Positions 50,701-63,089 of a DNA stretch of 64,000 nucleotides are shown here, piece by piece. The position numbers and the translations under genes were made by a program. Each line of letters opens with the position of its first letter. The first letter of the stretch is position 1. The notes below the pieces were generated by a model, which saw only the letters and a list, made by a program, of their open reading frames with translations, did not search any database and was not told where the DNA came from. Source of the stretch: Azolla caroliniana (lineage: Eukaryota; Plantae; Polypodiophyta); the NCBI GenBank assembly GCA_043228905.1, contig JBHGNT010000014.1:15128001-15192000 (forward strand). Reading direction: 5' to 3'.

Positions 50701-51555
50701 TGATCAATAAGTGCCATCACGGGACGGGGTCTGGAACATTTCCAATCTTCACATGATGCTCAGTAGTGGCTCTTGCCCAACATTTGTGAGAGTAATGGCT
50801 ACTTACATCTGTTGAATTTATCATTGAGGTTGATGCATGTTGAGAGTCAACAACGATATTGTTGCTCACCACTTCATATGCCACCTTCGGATTTGTCTCT
50901 TTAACCTGCTCATTTACTTGCTTCTTTCTTCGCACAATATCAATTATTTCATCATGAAATTCCTTTTTTGCAATACCTAACACGTCTCTTAGTGTAAATT
51001 CTACTCGACTGTCTAGTATTCTTGTATCTAAAACTTTCTTTAAATCTGTATCTTTTTCAATATCAGACATTAATTTGAATGAAGGACTAGATTTACCTTT
51101 TTCGACCTTTGCGTCCATCTCTTTTCTATTGCTTTCTCTTGTCTCATGCTTTTTTGTTGAGCCAATCTCATCATCCGACCTTTTCCTTTTCTCTTCCACT
51201 ATCACCTCATGCTCTTGGTGTTCTCCCATATGAGCATAGACCATCATAGCATCTACAGGAATATCCCATCTAGTGTTTTTCCTTACAGAATCTCCGACAA
51301 CACGAAGGTCTTCCATCTTCATCTTTTGCTTTTGTGCGGTACTTACAACCTTCTCTTAGAATGATGATCGGTATGGCGTGTCATCGAAACATCGAGATGC
51401 ATTCCTGCCGTTGCCGAGTAGTACATTGCAAAAGCCTTCTTTGCTTCAGCTTCTTCAAACTTAACCTTAACACCACCATCACCAAAGTTCTTTGTAAGTG
51501 GACTTCTAGTTTTAATCCCGGGGGCTCCATTATGTTTAAAGAGGTTGTATCACGT
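47773..51555 (-). mobile_element. Decayed Trp-lineage gypsy element: 3' LTR 47773-48774, integrase 48815-50119, RT deleted, gag-PR remnant 50304-51530
   Basis: Integrase collinear with 27400-28753 (YLVLAREDLTNQVEGR, YNPEANGKIERGH); ALIDHGSEIN, VRPNHERN; RNase H end GKENLVADMLSR abuts the frameshift signal at ~50250. Confidence 0.9.
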
Positions 51556-52189
51556 TGTCGAGCCCTTCGGCTCCGGATTGTTGCGTGAGTCGGGTGGGAA
51601 CCGCCGAGGTTTTGGACTAGGAGGAATAGGAATACAACTTAAGGCTAGTTATGAGTAATAGGAAGAGAAGTAAGATAGTAATCTCATGAATCCCACGAGT
51701 TTAGTGTATTTTAAAACAATATTTAGATTCTAAGAGTAATTTCTATGGCAAAATTCGTGAATCCCACGAATATATTAGATTGATCAATTCTTCTATATTA
51801 ATCAACAACCTTATACATATTTCTCTCCTCCTTATATAAAGATGGGAGAGGCTAAGCATGGCTTCATGCTTTTTCACCTAAAGTATCCATGCACACTAAA
51901 TGTGCATGTGATGCTTTGTCATTTCCTAAATATAGGGCTCATGCACGCTAGATGTGCATGAGTCACTTTTAATGGCACGTGTAAATAAAATATTCACACT
52001 CTAAAGAATACATGATTTTTACCTTTTAATAAAGGTATGTGTAAATAAAGGTCTTATACGTATTAAATCTATATTTATAACACTAAAGATAAGTTATTAC
52101 AATGGTAAAGTTGGGGTTTATCTATGTGGAGGTGCATGGTTTGAATCTTGCCCTATGCACGTGATAAATTCTTTTGATATATTATTTTT

Positions 52190-54079
52190 TTATTTATATG
52201 TATCTAAAATCGGATATATTATTTTATGGTTTTCACGTAGTGTGTGGAATACACTACGACACTCGCCCCCTCCGAACCCGCACATCCTCCGGTATGTGCT
52301 GAAGTTGCCGATGCTCGTTGTCTCCCCTTCATCCTCCGTTTGTCCCGCTATGTCAACTTTGTCTCTCCATTTTGAGTAGACCCATTCTTTCCACCCGAAC
52401 CATTGTCGCCATCCGATCCACCATATTCTTTGTTCTCTCTCGTCATATTCTTGGCCCTTGTCATTCGTGGTAGTGTCTTTTACTGGCCTCTTTCTTGTCT
52501 TCATCAACCTTGACTTTTTTCCGGATCCCTCTCGTCCGATCAACTTTCGGTTTGATTGTCTTCCAATCGGATTCGTATTCGGCCGAATCGGAATCGGTTG
52601 TTCGGTTTTGATTGAGTCGGTCTCCTTCCGGCCCGGTTTCGATCTATCGGTTTCAGTTTCGGTTGGCTTTCTTTTCCTCGTTTTCACTAGCCTCGACCGG
52701 TCCAACCTCCGGTTGAGTCGGATTAGCTTCTTTCCGGATCGGTCTCGTCCGATCGGCTTTCGGCTAGGTCGGCTTCCATCCATATTCGCGTTCGGCCAAG
52801 TCAGACTCAGTCGACTGGTTTTGACCAAGTCGACCCCTTTTCGGGTCGGCTTTCTTTTGGGTCGTCTTTCGGCCGAATCCTCATTCGCCCGGTTCGGCTT
52901 TCGTTTGTGTCGACTTTCGGTTGAATCCTCATTCGCCCGGTTCGGCTTTCTTTCGGGTCGTCTTTCGGTCGAATCCTCTTTCACCCGGTTCAGCTTTCTT
53001 TCGGGTCGTCTTTCGACTGAATCCCCTTTCACCCGGTTCGGCTTTCTTTCGGTTCATCTTTTGGCCGAATCGTCTTTTACCCGGTTCGGCTTTCTTTCGG
53101 ATCGGAATCCCGTCCGGATCACCTTCCATCCGAACCGGCTTCTGACTTTACCTTTCTTGCCGCCACCTCCTGTCTCTCCGATCTCACGTTGGTTCTCGAA
53201 TACAACCGCCGAAGTCTCTAGAATTAGCGGACAGGAATCCACGGTATTATCATCCTCCGTTGTTTCACCCATAGCCACCTCCTTGGCTATCTCTCCTTCG
53301 TATGCATCGGCTTCGACCTTCGTTTCGTTGCCGCCACTTTCCTTATCTTCGGTGTTATGTCGACACACAGGCTCGACTACCGAAGTCTCCGAAACAATGG
53401 TGAAGGAATCCCTTCGTTCGTGCTCATTTACTTTGTCTTCCTCGTCGCCCTTCCGGTCCTCCACCTTTCCGCCGACACATTCCGTCTCTCCGGTCTCATG
53501 TTGGTGCACGGGCACAACCGCCAAAGTTTCTGGAACCGGTGTGGGGATACCCTTTCGTCCTCGATCTTCCTCCTCCTCGTCCTTTGTTGGCCTCGACTTT
53601 GGTTCGGTTTTAATCTCCCCTTCAATGTCGACTTGCGACTTTTCATGCATCTCCGAACCCTTCCGCATCAAGCTCTCCTTCAGTGGAAGTCGGTGGCCGC
53701 TTTTCACCCACTGTTGACCGCCGTTCGTGGACCATGTCCTCGTCTGCTTCGGTCTTAGATAGTCATATGCGTCTCGTATAGCTTCTTCAAAGGACTCCCA
53801 TGTTGGATTTTGTTGCCGTATCTTGAAGATTCTTTCTTGTAACTCATCCGTGGCTACCCGACTGAAGGATATCACTTGCAATCCTTCCGGTATCCCACAT
53901 CGCATCATCTCCGTCTTGTAGTCATGTAGATAGCGTGACACATCCTTTCCGTCGAATTCCCCGTTTCTTCGCACAAGCCGCACTACTGCCGATTTCATCT
54001 CTGACATTGTGTGTTGCTCTTCTTGCATCCGCTTAATCATCATCATCGTCATATTCATCGCTTCTTGTTGATTCTCCAT
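52190..54079 (-). pseudogene. Gag N-terminal domain with acidic and Arg/Lys-rich tail, one in-frame stop at 53054
   Basis: MENQQEA...GEFDGKDVSRYL; ORFs 53054-54100 and 52190-53032 share a frame; 39-bp repeat (RKPNRxxEDSxER) at ~52850-53100. Confidence 0.8.
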
Positions 54080-54542
54080 CTCCTTACCACCCGGTTTCAC
54101 GTCGGGTTCACCAACTGTGTCGAGCCCTTCGGCTCCGGATTGTTGCGTGAGTCGGGTGGGAACCGCCGAGGTTTTGGACTAGGAGGAATAGGAATACAAC
54201 TTAAGGCTAGTTATGAGTAATAGGAAGAGAAGTAAGATAGTAATCTCGTGAATCCCATGAGTTTAGTGTATTTTAAAACAATATTTAGATTCTAAGAGTA
54301 ATTTCTATGGCAAAATTCGTGAATCCCACGAATATATTAGATTGATCAATTCTTCTATATTAATCAACAACCTTATACATATTTCTCTCCTCCTTATATA
54401 AAGATGGAAGAGGCTAAGCATGGCTTCATGCTTTTTCACCTAAAGTATCCATGCACACTAAATGTGCATGTGATGCTTTGTCATTTCCTAAATATAGGGC
54501 TCATGCACGCTAGATGTGCATGAGTCACTTTTAATGGCACGT

Positions 54543-57500
54543 TGTCGTAGTGTATTTCGTACACTACGTGAAAAATTAAAAATAATATAACCGATTTAAT
54601 TACATATAAATAAATAAAATAATATATCAAGATATTTATCACGTGCATAGGGCAAGATTCGAACCCTATACCTCCACGTAGCCAAACCTCAACTTTACCA
54701 TTATACTACCTTATCTTTAGTGTTCTATAAATAGATTTAATAACTATAAGTGCTTTATTTGCACCTACCTTTATTAAAAGGTAAATCGTGCATTTTTAGA
54801 GTGCGTGAATATTTTATAGAAAAACGCAAGCAACTAAAAAGTGACGCATGCACATCTAGCGTGCATGAGCACTATATTTAGCAAATAAAAGCGCATGAAC
54901 ATATTAGAAAAAAAGCATGTAGCTATGCTTAGTCTCTCCCATCACTACATAAGGATGGGGAGCACAATGTAATAGGTGTGTGAAATATTTGGAAATTGGA
55001 TATATTTCCGAAAACACCAACCGATTAATATAATCGTGGGATTCACGAAAATAATATAATCTATACTTGTGGGATTCACAAGTTTCTTATATCTTTCTTT
55101 CAATCTAAATACATATTCTTATCTAAATATTGATTAATCGAATACAATACACTCGTGGGATTCACGAAATTTCTATCTCTCTTTCTAATAATCTATTCAT
55201 TACTAGCCTCATCTCATATTCTTCTTTCTCCTAGTCCAAAACCCCGGTGGTTCCCACCCGACTCACGCAAACGATCCGGAGCCGAAAGGCACGACACAGT
55301 TGGTGAACCCGACGTGAAGGCGGGTGGCAAGGAGATGGAGAATCAACAAGAGGCAATGAGCATAACGATGATGATGATGTTCGAGCGGATGCTACAAGAA
55401 CAACGAGTGATGTCGGAGATCACGGGGGCAGTAAAGCGGCTCGTACAACGAAACGGACAATTCAACGGAAACGATGTGTCATGCTATCTACGTGACTACA
55501 AGGCGGAGATGATACGATGTGGGATACCGGAAGGATTGCAAGTGACATCCTTCAATCGGGTGGCCACGAATGAGCTACAAGAAAGAATCTACAAGATACG
55601 GCAACAAAACTCGACATGGGGGTCATTCGAAGAAGCTTTACGAGAGACATATGATTACAAGAGATCAAAGGGACAAGATCGGCGAAAATTCGACAAATGG
55701 GTGGCATCGGAGAAGACCCACCGAAGTGCAACACAAGCATTCCTAGAGTTCGAGCATCGTCTTGCTCAACTCTCGGAGCGGGAACAACGATTGGTGGGGG
55801 AGGATAAATTCCTAATGTTCGTAAAATCGATCGATCGAAAAGAAAGGAAGGACATCGGGATTGAACTCGAAGACGATGACGGTACGAATGGTCTTACTGA
55901 AGATTGGGCCGAAGTCCAAAGGGTATGCCGGAGACATGATGAGAGGAAGATGAGAATCTTGTCAACGACATGGCCGATGAAGGATGGTCGATTGAAGACA
56001 AACGATGGAGCCAATATGAAGGCCGAAATACAACATGATGGTGCGACGGAAGAGGGTGTAAAACAAGCTACCCTCTTGTCTTGCGAAAGAACGATGGCGA
56101 AGGATAAGACCGATAACCCAAGTGTAGAAGAAGATTTCGGAATACAAGTGTCCGAAACATCGGGTGAAAAAGGGGTAAGCATAATTGATGTTTGCATAAT
56201 TGATGCAGTGAAAGAGAGCAAGGAGGACTTGATTGAGGAGGTCGCCACGAAAGATGACATCGAATCGAAGGTGGCTATGGACGAATCAACGACGGATGGC
56301 CATATCGAGACTTCCCCACCACTGATTCTAGAGACTCCGGCGGTTGCGTTCGAAAGGCAACGTGAGACCGAAGAGACGGAAGGTGGCGGAGAGAAAACAA
56401 AGGTCAAAGTCGATGCATACGACGGAGAGATAGCCGAGAATATGGCTATGGGTGAAACAATGGAGGATGATAATACCGAGGATTCCTACCCACTAATTCT
56501 AGAGACTTCGGCAGTTGTGTCCGAGAACCAACGTGAGACCGGAGAGACGGGAGGTGGCAGCAAGAAAGGTAAAGTCGGAAGCCGGTTTGGATGGAAGGTG
56601 ATCCGGACGGGATTCCGATCCGAAAGAAAGCCGACCCGAAAAGGGGTCGACTCGGTCAAAACCGATCGATTGAGTCTGACTTGGCCGAACGTGAATATGG
56701 ATGGAAGCCAACCTAGCCGAAAGCCGATCGGACGAGACCGATCCAAAAAGAAGCTAATCCGACTCAACCGGAGGTTGGACCGGTCGAGGCTGGTGAAAAC
56801 GAGGAAAAGAAAGCCAACCGAAACCGAAACCGATAGATCGAAACCGGGCCGGAAGGAGACCGACTCAATCGAAACCGAACAACCGATTCCGATTCGGCCG
56901 AATACGAATCCGATCGGAAGCCGATCAAACCGAAAGTTGATCGGACGAGAGCGATCCGGAAAAAAGTCAAGGTTGATGAAGACAAGAAAGAGGCCAGTAA
57001 AAGACACTACCACGAATGACAAGGGCCAAGAATATGACGAGACAGAACAAAGAATATGGTGGATCGGATGGCGACAATGGTTCGGGTGGAAAGAATAGGT
57101 CTACTCAAAATGGAGAGACAAAGTTGACATAGCGGGACAAACGGAGGATGAAGGGGAGACAACGAGCATCGGCAACTTCGGCACATACCGGAGGATGTGC
57201 GGGTTCGGAGGGGGCGAGTGTCGTAGTGTATTTCGTACACTACGTGAAAAAGTAAAAATAATATAACCGATTTAATTACATATAAATAAATAAAATAATA
57301 TATCAAGATATTTATCACGTGCATAGGGCAAGATTCAAACCCTGTACCTCCACGTAGCCAAACCTCAACTTTACCATTATACTACCTTATCTTTAGTGTT
57401 CTATAAATAGATTTAATAACTATAAGTGCTTTATTTGCACCTACCTTTATTAAAAGGTAAATCGTGCATTTTTAGAGTGCGTGAATATTTTATAGAAAAA

Positions 57501-57972
57501 CGCAAGCAACTAAAAAGTGACTCATGCACATCTAGCGTGCATGAGCACTATATTTAGCAAATAAAAGCGCATGAACATATTAGAAAAAAAGCATGTAGCT
57601 ATGCTTAGTCTCTCCCATCACTACATAAGGATGGGGAGCACAATGTAATAGGTGTGTGAAATATTTGGAAATTGGATATATTTCCGAAAACACCAACCGA
57701 TTAATATAATCGTGGGATTCACGAAAATAATATAATCTATACTTGTGGGATTCACAAGTTTCTTATATCTTTCTTTCAATCTAAATACATATTCTTATCT
57801 AAATATTGATTAATCGAATACAATACACTCGTGGGATTCACGAAATTTCTATCTCTCTTTCTAATAATCTATTCATTACTAGCCTCATCTCATATTCTTC
57901 TTTCTCCTAGTCCAAAACCCCGGTGGTTCCCACCCGACTCACGCAAACGATCCGGAGCCGAAAGGCACGACA
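54543..57972 (+). mobile_element. Second non-autonomous Gag-only LTR element, inserted antisense in the 5' LTR of its relative
   Basis: 754-bp LTRs 54543-55296 and 57219-57972 (~4 differences by eye); Trp PBS at 55301; PPT; TSD ACGT (54539-54542, 57973-57976). Confidence 0.95.
55335..57098 (+). CDS. Gag-like protein (capsid region plus acidic and basic low-complexity tail; no knuckle, PR, RT or INT)
   Basis: N-terminal ~200 aa align by eye with 23139 Gag (FNGNDVSCYL/FDGRDATKYL, FVKSIDRKER, GLTEDWAEV); open for 587 codons. Confidence 0.8.
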   Translation: MENQQEAMSITMMMMFERMLQEQRVMSEITGAVKRLVQRNGQFNGNDVSCYLRDYKAEMIRCGIPEGLQVTSFNRVATNELQERIYKIRQQNSTWGSFEEALRETYDYKRSKGQDRRKFDKWVASEKTHRSATQAFLEFEHRLAQLSEREQRLVGEDKFLMFVKSIDRKERKDIGIELEDDDGTNGLTEDWAEVQRVCRRHDERKMRILSTTWPMKDGRLKTNDGANMKAEIQHDGATEEGVKQATLLSCERTMAKDKTDNPSVEEDFGIQVSETSGEKGVSIIDVCIIDAVKESKEDLIEEVATKDDIESKVAMDESTTDGHIETSPPLILETPAVAFERQRETEETEGGGEKTKVKVDAYDGEIAENMAMGETMEDDNTEDSYPLILETSAVVSENQRETGETGGGSKKGKVGSRFGWKVIRTGFRSERKPTRKGVDSVKTDRLSLTWPNVNMDGSQPSRKPIGRDRSKKKLIRLNRRLDRSRLVKTRKRKPTETETDRSKPGRKETDSIETEQPIPIRPNTNPIGSRSNRKLIGRERSGKKSRLMKTRKRPVKDTTTNDKGQEYDETEQRIWWIGWRQWFGWKE

Positions 57973-58429
57973 ACGTGTAAATAAAATATTCACACTCTAA
58001 AGAATACATGATTTTTACCTTTTAATAAAGGTATGTGTAAATAAAGGTCTTATACGTATAAATCTATATTTATAACACTAAAGATAAGTTATTACAATGG
58101 TAAAGTTGGGGTTTATCTATGTGGAGGTGCATGGTTTGAATCTTGCCCTATGTACGTGATAAATTCTTTTGATATATTATTTTTTTATTTATATGTATCT
58201 AAAATCGGATATATTATTTTATGGTTTTCACGTAGTGTGTGGAATACACTACGACAACGTACGTTCAAGATATCTTTTATAAACCCCTTATACATATGTT
58301 TTTTCACTATTTTAGAACCCTTTTGTAAAAAAACGGTTAATAAAAATACCCCTTATTGTCAATATATATTTTGACAACAACTATTTTAAATACCCTTACA
58401 TAGAAAAACACATGTATATCCTATAGATG

Positions 58430-58829
58430 TATATAAATATGCATTGTATTATTTGAATGTGTTGGGCATATTTTATGCATGGTTGTATGTATGTATGTGT
58501 ATGTTATGTGTGTGTATGTATTGTGTTGTATTCCATGTGTATGTATTGGATTGTATTGTATTGCATGTGTATGTATGTATGTATTGAGTTGTATTCCATG
58601 TTTATGTATTGTATTGTATTGTATTGTATTGTATTGTATTGCATGTGTATGTATGTATGTATATGTATTGAGTTGTATTCCATGTTTATGTATTGTATTG
58701 TATTGTATTGCATGTGTATGTATACATGTACTATATTGTATTCCATGTTTATGTATGTATGTATTGTACTATATTGCATGTGTTGTATTTATTGTATTAT
58801 GCCATGTGTCTATGTGTCTATGTATGTAC

Positions 58830-58882
<53 letters not shown>

Positions 58883-59170
58883 AATGTGTGTATATATGTG
58901 TTCTATATATGTGCATGTTAGATCTATGTGTATGTGTATTCTATACATGTCACAATAAAATAGGTTGGTAGTGATGCCAAAACTCATCACTATTGGCATC
59001 ACTCAAATACAATCATTTTGCAACGTGTTTAATTTTTGTTTTTACTTTTTTTAACAAGTATTTATTTATTTTGTTCTTCATTTTGTATTTTTTGTTTAGA
59101 ATGTGTTTATTGTATGTATGTATGTATGTTTGCTTGTTTGTATGTATATTTGCATGTATGTGAGCGTGGA
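58430..59170. repeat. Degenerate (TGTA)n/(TATTG)n/(TA)n microsatellite tract
   Basis: Low-complexity TG/TA repeats, including a perfect (TA)n at ~58831-58879. Confidence 0.9.
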
Positions 59171-59754
59171 GAGTATGTGCATCTTCACACCACCTTCATT
59201 CAAAGAACAGGATCACCTTCAATGCCATCTTCTTTGACATGCCTATGTAACATTGCAAATATCGTGGTTTCATGGAAGTGAAAAATGATATATCTAACAA
59301 AAGATATATCATAACAAGAATAATTCACAACATTCAACTTGAGAAAGAACTTCACTGCATGAAGTTGCTACAATGCCAAAACAAACACATACCGAGTTTT
59401 TCTCTAAGAAAACTTCAGCATTTAAGTCCTTAAGTTCCTACAATGCAACCACATACAATACTTTTAACCTTTAAACATCTCTTGCATAGCCATAGCCATT
59501 AATCTCTCTACAAAAGAAACATAGCAAGTAACCTATGGAACCCACAAAGGTTTAGATTCAAGAACATCTAATCTGAAAGGTTTGGTCTCAACAACAATAT
59601 TTATCATAGATAGGTTTGGTCTTGACAAATTAACTGTTACATAATGAAAACACATTGTGGGAATTCGTGTATCCAATTCACAACAAATAAAACCAAAATA
59701 GAGTTTCAATTATGCCTCTTGTATTGGTAACATACTTAAACATGACAAATTTAC

Positions 59755-60865
59755 CTCTACCATGGAAACTAGCACCGCAGCCATCATGCCGACCATATGA
59801 CTTGCATGAAACGTCGAAGCACCCCATTGAAGAGTATAAAGAATGCAAAGCTTAGAAATTCAAAATTAAACTAAAGTCACAATTTCAGCAACCTTGATGT
59901 TCCGTCTAAATATCAACTTAGATACATATAACTTGCAATATATAACTAGGAATTACTAAAAGAGAATCGGTAGAGGAACAATGATTTTATATCACCAAAA
60001 AATGTGTATCCAATATTTATCCATGAGTAACACATTGATGTAAGTGTTATTCACCATCGTGTTACATCATGCCCTTACATGTTCTTCCTTGCCCAAAAAT
60101 AGATAACATTGAGATAGACATGCACATCACTTATATTTATTGAGTTTCAAAGGGTGACTCTATCTAATTGCCCACACTTCAAAAATGATGTTATATTGTG
60201 CAATGAACAATAGAAACAATCAATATGGCTCAAATTACCAAGGTGATGAAACAACCAATGACGCTCAACCAATCCAGCAGTTGGAAGCAATAACGTCAAA
60301 GGCATGTTTGTAGGCTCCCATTACTGTAAGGAGCTATGCGTAGGCCCAAACGATAGCCACACCTATGAGCGTTGAGAATCATTCAAAAACAAAAATCCCT
60401 GTTTAAATTTCTTCAAGAACTACATTTTATTATTGTATTAAACAATGAAAAACTTTTGAAGTGAAAGCATAAACAAAATGCTCACAAAACACATTAAACA
60501 GGCATGTCATTACCTGCATGCGACAACAACTTTTGGATAATTATTTGGTTGATCCCTTTTTCCACACTTTCCCAACTTGCAAGTATAAATAAAATTATTT
60601 CAATATCTGACCCAAAATCGACAATTCTTTCAACAAAAATGCATATTTCTTAATGTTTGTTGCATAAAAATACCATACCCATGGAAAAATCATTAGGAGG
60701 AGAAAAACTATACAACATGATTACAACAAACAACCGTACATACAACCCATAATGTCGAACTTCTTATATCAACTCACTTGCAATAGCATGGATGGATTTG
60801 CACACCATATTCCTTTGTGTGGAGGAGCTCCCAACTATGACCTATTCTTGTTGTAATTAGTGGGT
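59755..60865 (-). pseudogene. Nucleobase-ascorbate transporter (NAT/NCS2) genomic fragment with introns
   Basis: Exons: YTLQWGASTFHASHMVGMMAAVLVSMVE|gtaa (59755-59850); VFE*FSTLIGVAIVWAYA*LLTVMGAYKHA...SSPW|gtaa (60239-60420); VGK.VE-like (60515-60577); weaker exons at ~60674-60708 and 60778-60865. Stops present. Confidence 0.85.
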
Positions 60866-60867
60866 GA

Positions 60868-61395
60868 TTTAAGGTTATTAAGGTTCCACACCACATATTT
60901 GTCCCAGGAACTAGAAACCATGATAGGATTCGCAGTAACATGTGAGAATTAACACATGATACCCAGCCGATGTGTGCATCTCCATCTTGGATAGTATAGT
61001 TGTAGTCGCCGAGAGTGTTCCAAAGCTTGATGAATCGATCCCTCAACATGGAAACGATCTGACGATTGTCTGCAGAGAAGGCAACGCTCAGAACGTCTTT
61101 ATAGTGTCCAGTGAATCGACAGTTTGTGGCACCGGAGTAGAGATCCCACAGATGAAGCTCTCCATCCCAGCTCCTTGATAGAGCAAACTTCCTATTGGAA
61201 TAGATGGCAACATCTTATATGAAGTGACCATGACCTGTGAGGCGTTTCTTCGTATAGCCATAGTTTTCATCTCAGGTGAGGGACCATACAACAAGAGACT
61301 TGTCTCGAGAATCAGAGATGATCATGTACCCATCGATGATGGGGCAAGAAATGGAGGTGAGCCAGTCGTTGTGGCTGTTGAGTTTCCACCACGGC
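60868..61395 (-). pseudogene. RACK1: RACK1 (WD40) 5' fragment
   Basis: SHNDWLTSI...[63 protein letters not shown]...[25 protein letters not shown]; frameshifts and stops; ends after about 4 WD repeats. Confidence 0.93.
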
Positions 61396-61569
61396 TTCGA
61401 TCTGTCTCTATCTCTATCTTTGTCTCTCCCCTCTTTCTTGCCCCACATCAAAATATGTATACTCCCCATTTTTTGCTAAAACCGGAATGTAATCCCCCTC
61501 CCCCTTTTCTTCCCCCCTTTTTTTGAAACAATTAACGTGACTCTGTCACGCGTTTTAAAAATAATGTTG

Positions 61570-63085
61570 TAGTGTGTGTGTGTGTGTGTTTATGTATATA
61601 TGTGCCTTACGTATGTATGTATATTTGGTGTGTGTGCATATGTATGTATTATATTGCATGTGTCGTATGTATGCCATGTGTGTATGTATGTATCTACTAT
61701 ATGGGTAATTGTGTATGTTCTATGCATGTGCTTATGTATGTATTGTGTATATATGGCATGTGTGTATGTATGTATTGTATGTACAACATGTGTGTATGTG
61801 TGCACGCGCATTCTATAGATGTGCTTATATATGTATTGTATCATGTATGTATAGCATGTGTCTATGTATGTATGTGTTAATGTTTGTGTGTGTGTGTGTA
61901 TTTTCTATATATGCATATGTATGTATGTATTGTATGTATAATATGTGTAGCATGTGTCTATGTATGTATGTATGTATGTATTATGTATTGTATATATAGC
62001 ATGTGTCTATGTATGTATGTGTTATGTGTGTGTATTTTCTATTGATGTACATATGTATGTATTGTATTGCAGGTGTATATATGTATGTGTGTGTATGTAC
62101 ATATTGTATTGTATTGCATGTGTTGTATGTATTGTGTGTATGGCATGTGTGTGTGTATGTTCTTTACATGTGCATATGTATGTTTTCTATATATGGCACA
62201 TGTGTATGTGTTATGTGTGTGTATTCATGCATACAATACAATACACACACACACACACACATACAACACGCACCACATACATATATACACATATGCACGT
62301 ATGTACGTGTGTAGGTATGTACATTTGTATTGTATGTATGCATGCATGTATACACATGTATGGATGTAAGTTGGTATCATTGTAGGCATGTGTACGTATG
62401 TACATGTAGAAATGTATGAATGAATATATGTATGTTCATGTGCGAATGCATGTATGTGTATATATGTAATATGTAATGTATTTATGTATCTTTTCAGGGT
62501 ATTTTCGTGTTTAGTATGTTTATGTGTATGGCTCATATATGGATGTATGTTTGCAATATGCACATAATATGCGTGCATATATCCAACATATGTGTAAGTA
62601 TACATATATCTAATGTGTGTGTGTGTGTATATATGTACCTTATAAGTATTGTAATTTGTATGACCCCGTATTACCTATGTATATATATGGTGATATGTGG
62701 AATATGTATGTATGTATTTATATACATATATGCATATGTCCATGTTCATGATTCGATGTGTTTGGATGTGTGTTTTATAATATGTGCATAATATGTATGT
62801 ATGTGTATGTATATATGTACTATTATATTGTGTATGACCATGTGTGTATTTGTGTTTCTATATGCGGTGATATGTATGTACATATGTAATGTATGTATGT
62901 GTGTGATATGTACATAATATGCACTCATATATATGATGTGTGTGTATGTATGTAAATATTTAAGTATTGTAGTTTGTATGGTCCCACATAACCTATATAT
63001 ATATATATGGTGATATGTGGAATAAATGTACATATGCAATATATATAAATACATACATACATACATACATATATATGTAATAATG
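61570..63085. repeat. Degenerate (TG)/(TGTA)/(CA) microsatellite tract
   Basis: Low-complexity sequence; ORFs here are artefacts. Confidence 0.9.
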
Positions 63086-63089
63086 TAGA

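Larger units (their letters stand above)
51556..58256 (-). mobile_element. Non-autonomous Gag-only LTR element (TR-GAG-like), Trp-primed
   Basis: 3' LTR 51556-52261; 5' LTR 54118-54542 plus 57977-58256; PBS TGGTGAACCCGACGTG; PPT GGAGGGGGCGAG; TSD ACGT (51552-51555, 58257-58260). Confidence 0.92.

Noticed and set aside
52458-53717. 419-aa plus-strand ORF (also 55766-56407, 56486-57022, 21471-22289, 23294-24106)
   Set aside because: Antisense shadows of repetitive or GC-rich retroelement ORFs with no recognisable domain.
54645-54715. Bona fide tRNA genes at the A/B-box sites
   Set aside because: No convincing acceptor stem or full cloverleaf; treated as tRNA-like promoter cassettes only.
55335-57098. 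Env-like protein
   Set aside because: No signal peptide or transmembrane helix, and the N-terminus aligns with Gag.
59175-59290. Possible further captured exon
   Set aside because: Looks coding-like, but no frame matches the next NAT exon or any protein I recognise.
58457-63066. Many Cys/Val/Tyr/Met-rich or His/Thr/Ile-rich ORFs
   Set aside because: Translations of TG/TA microsatellite.
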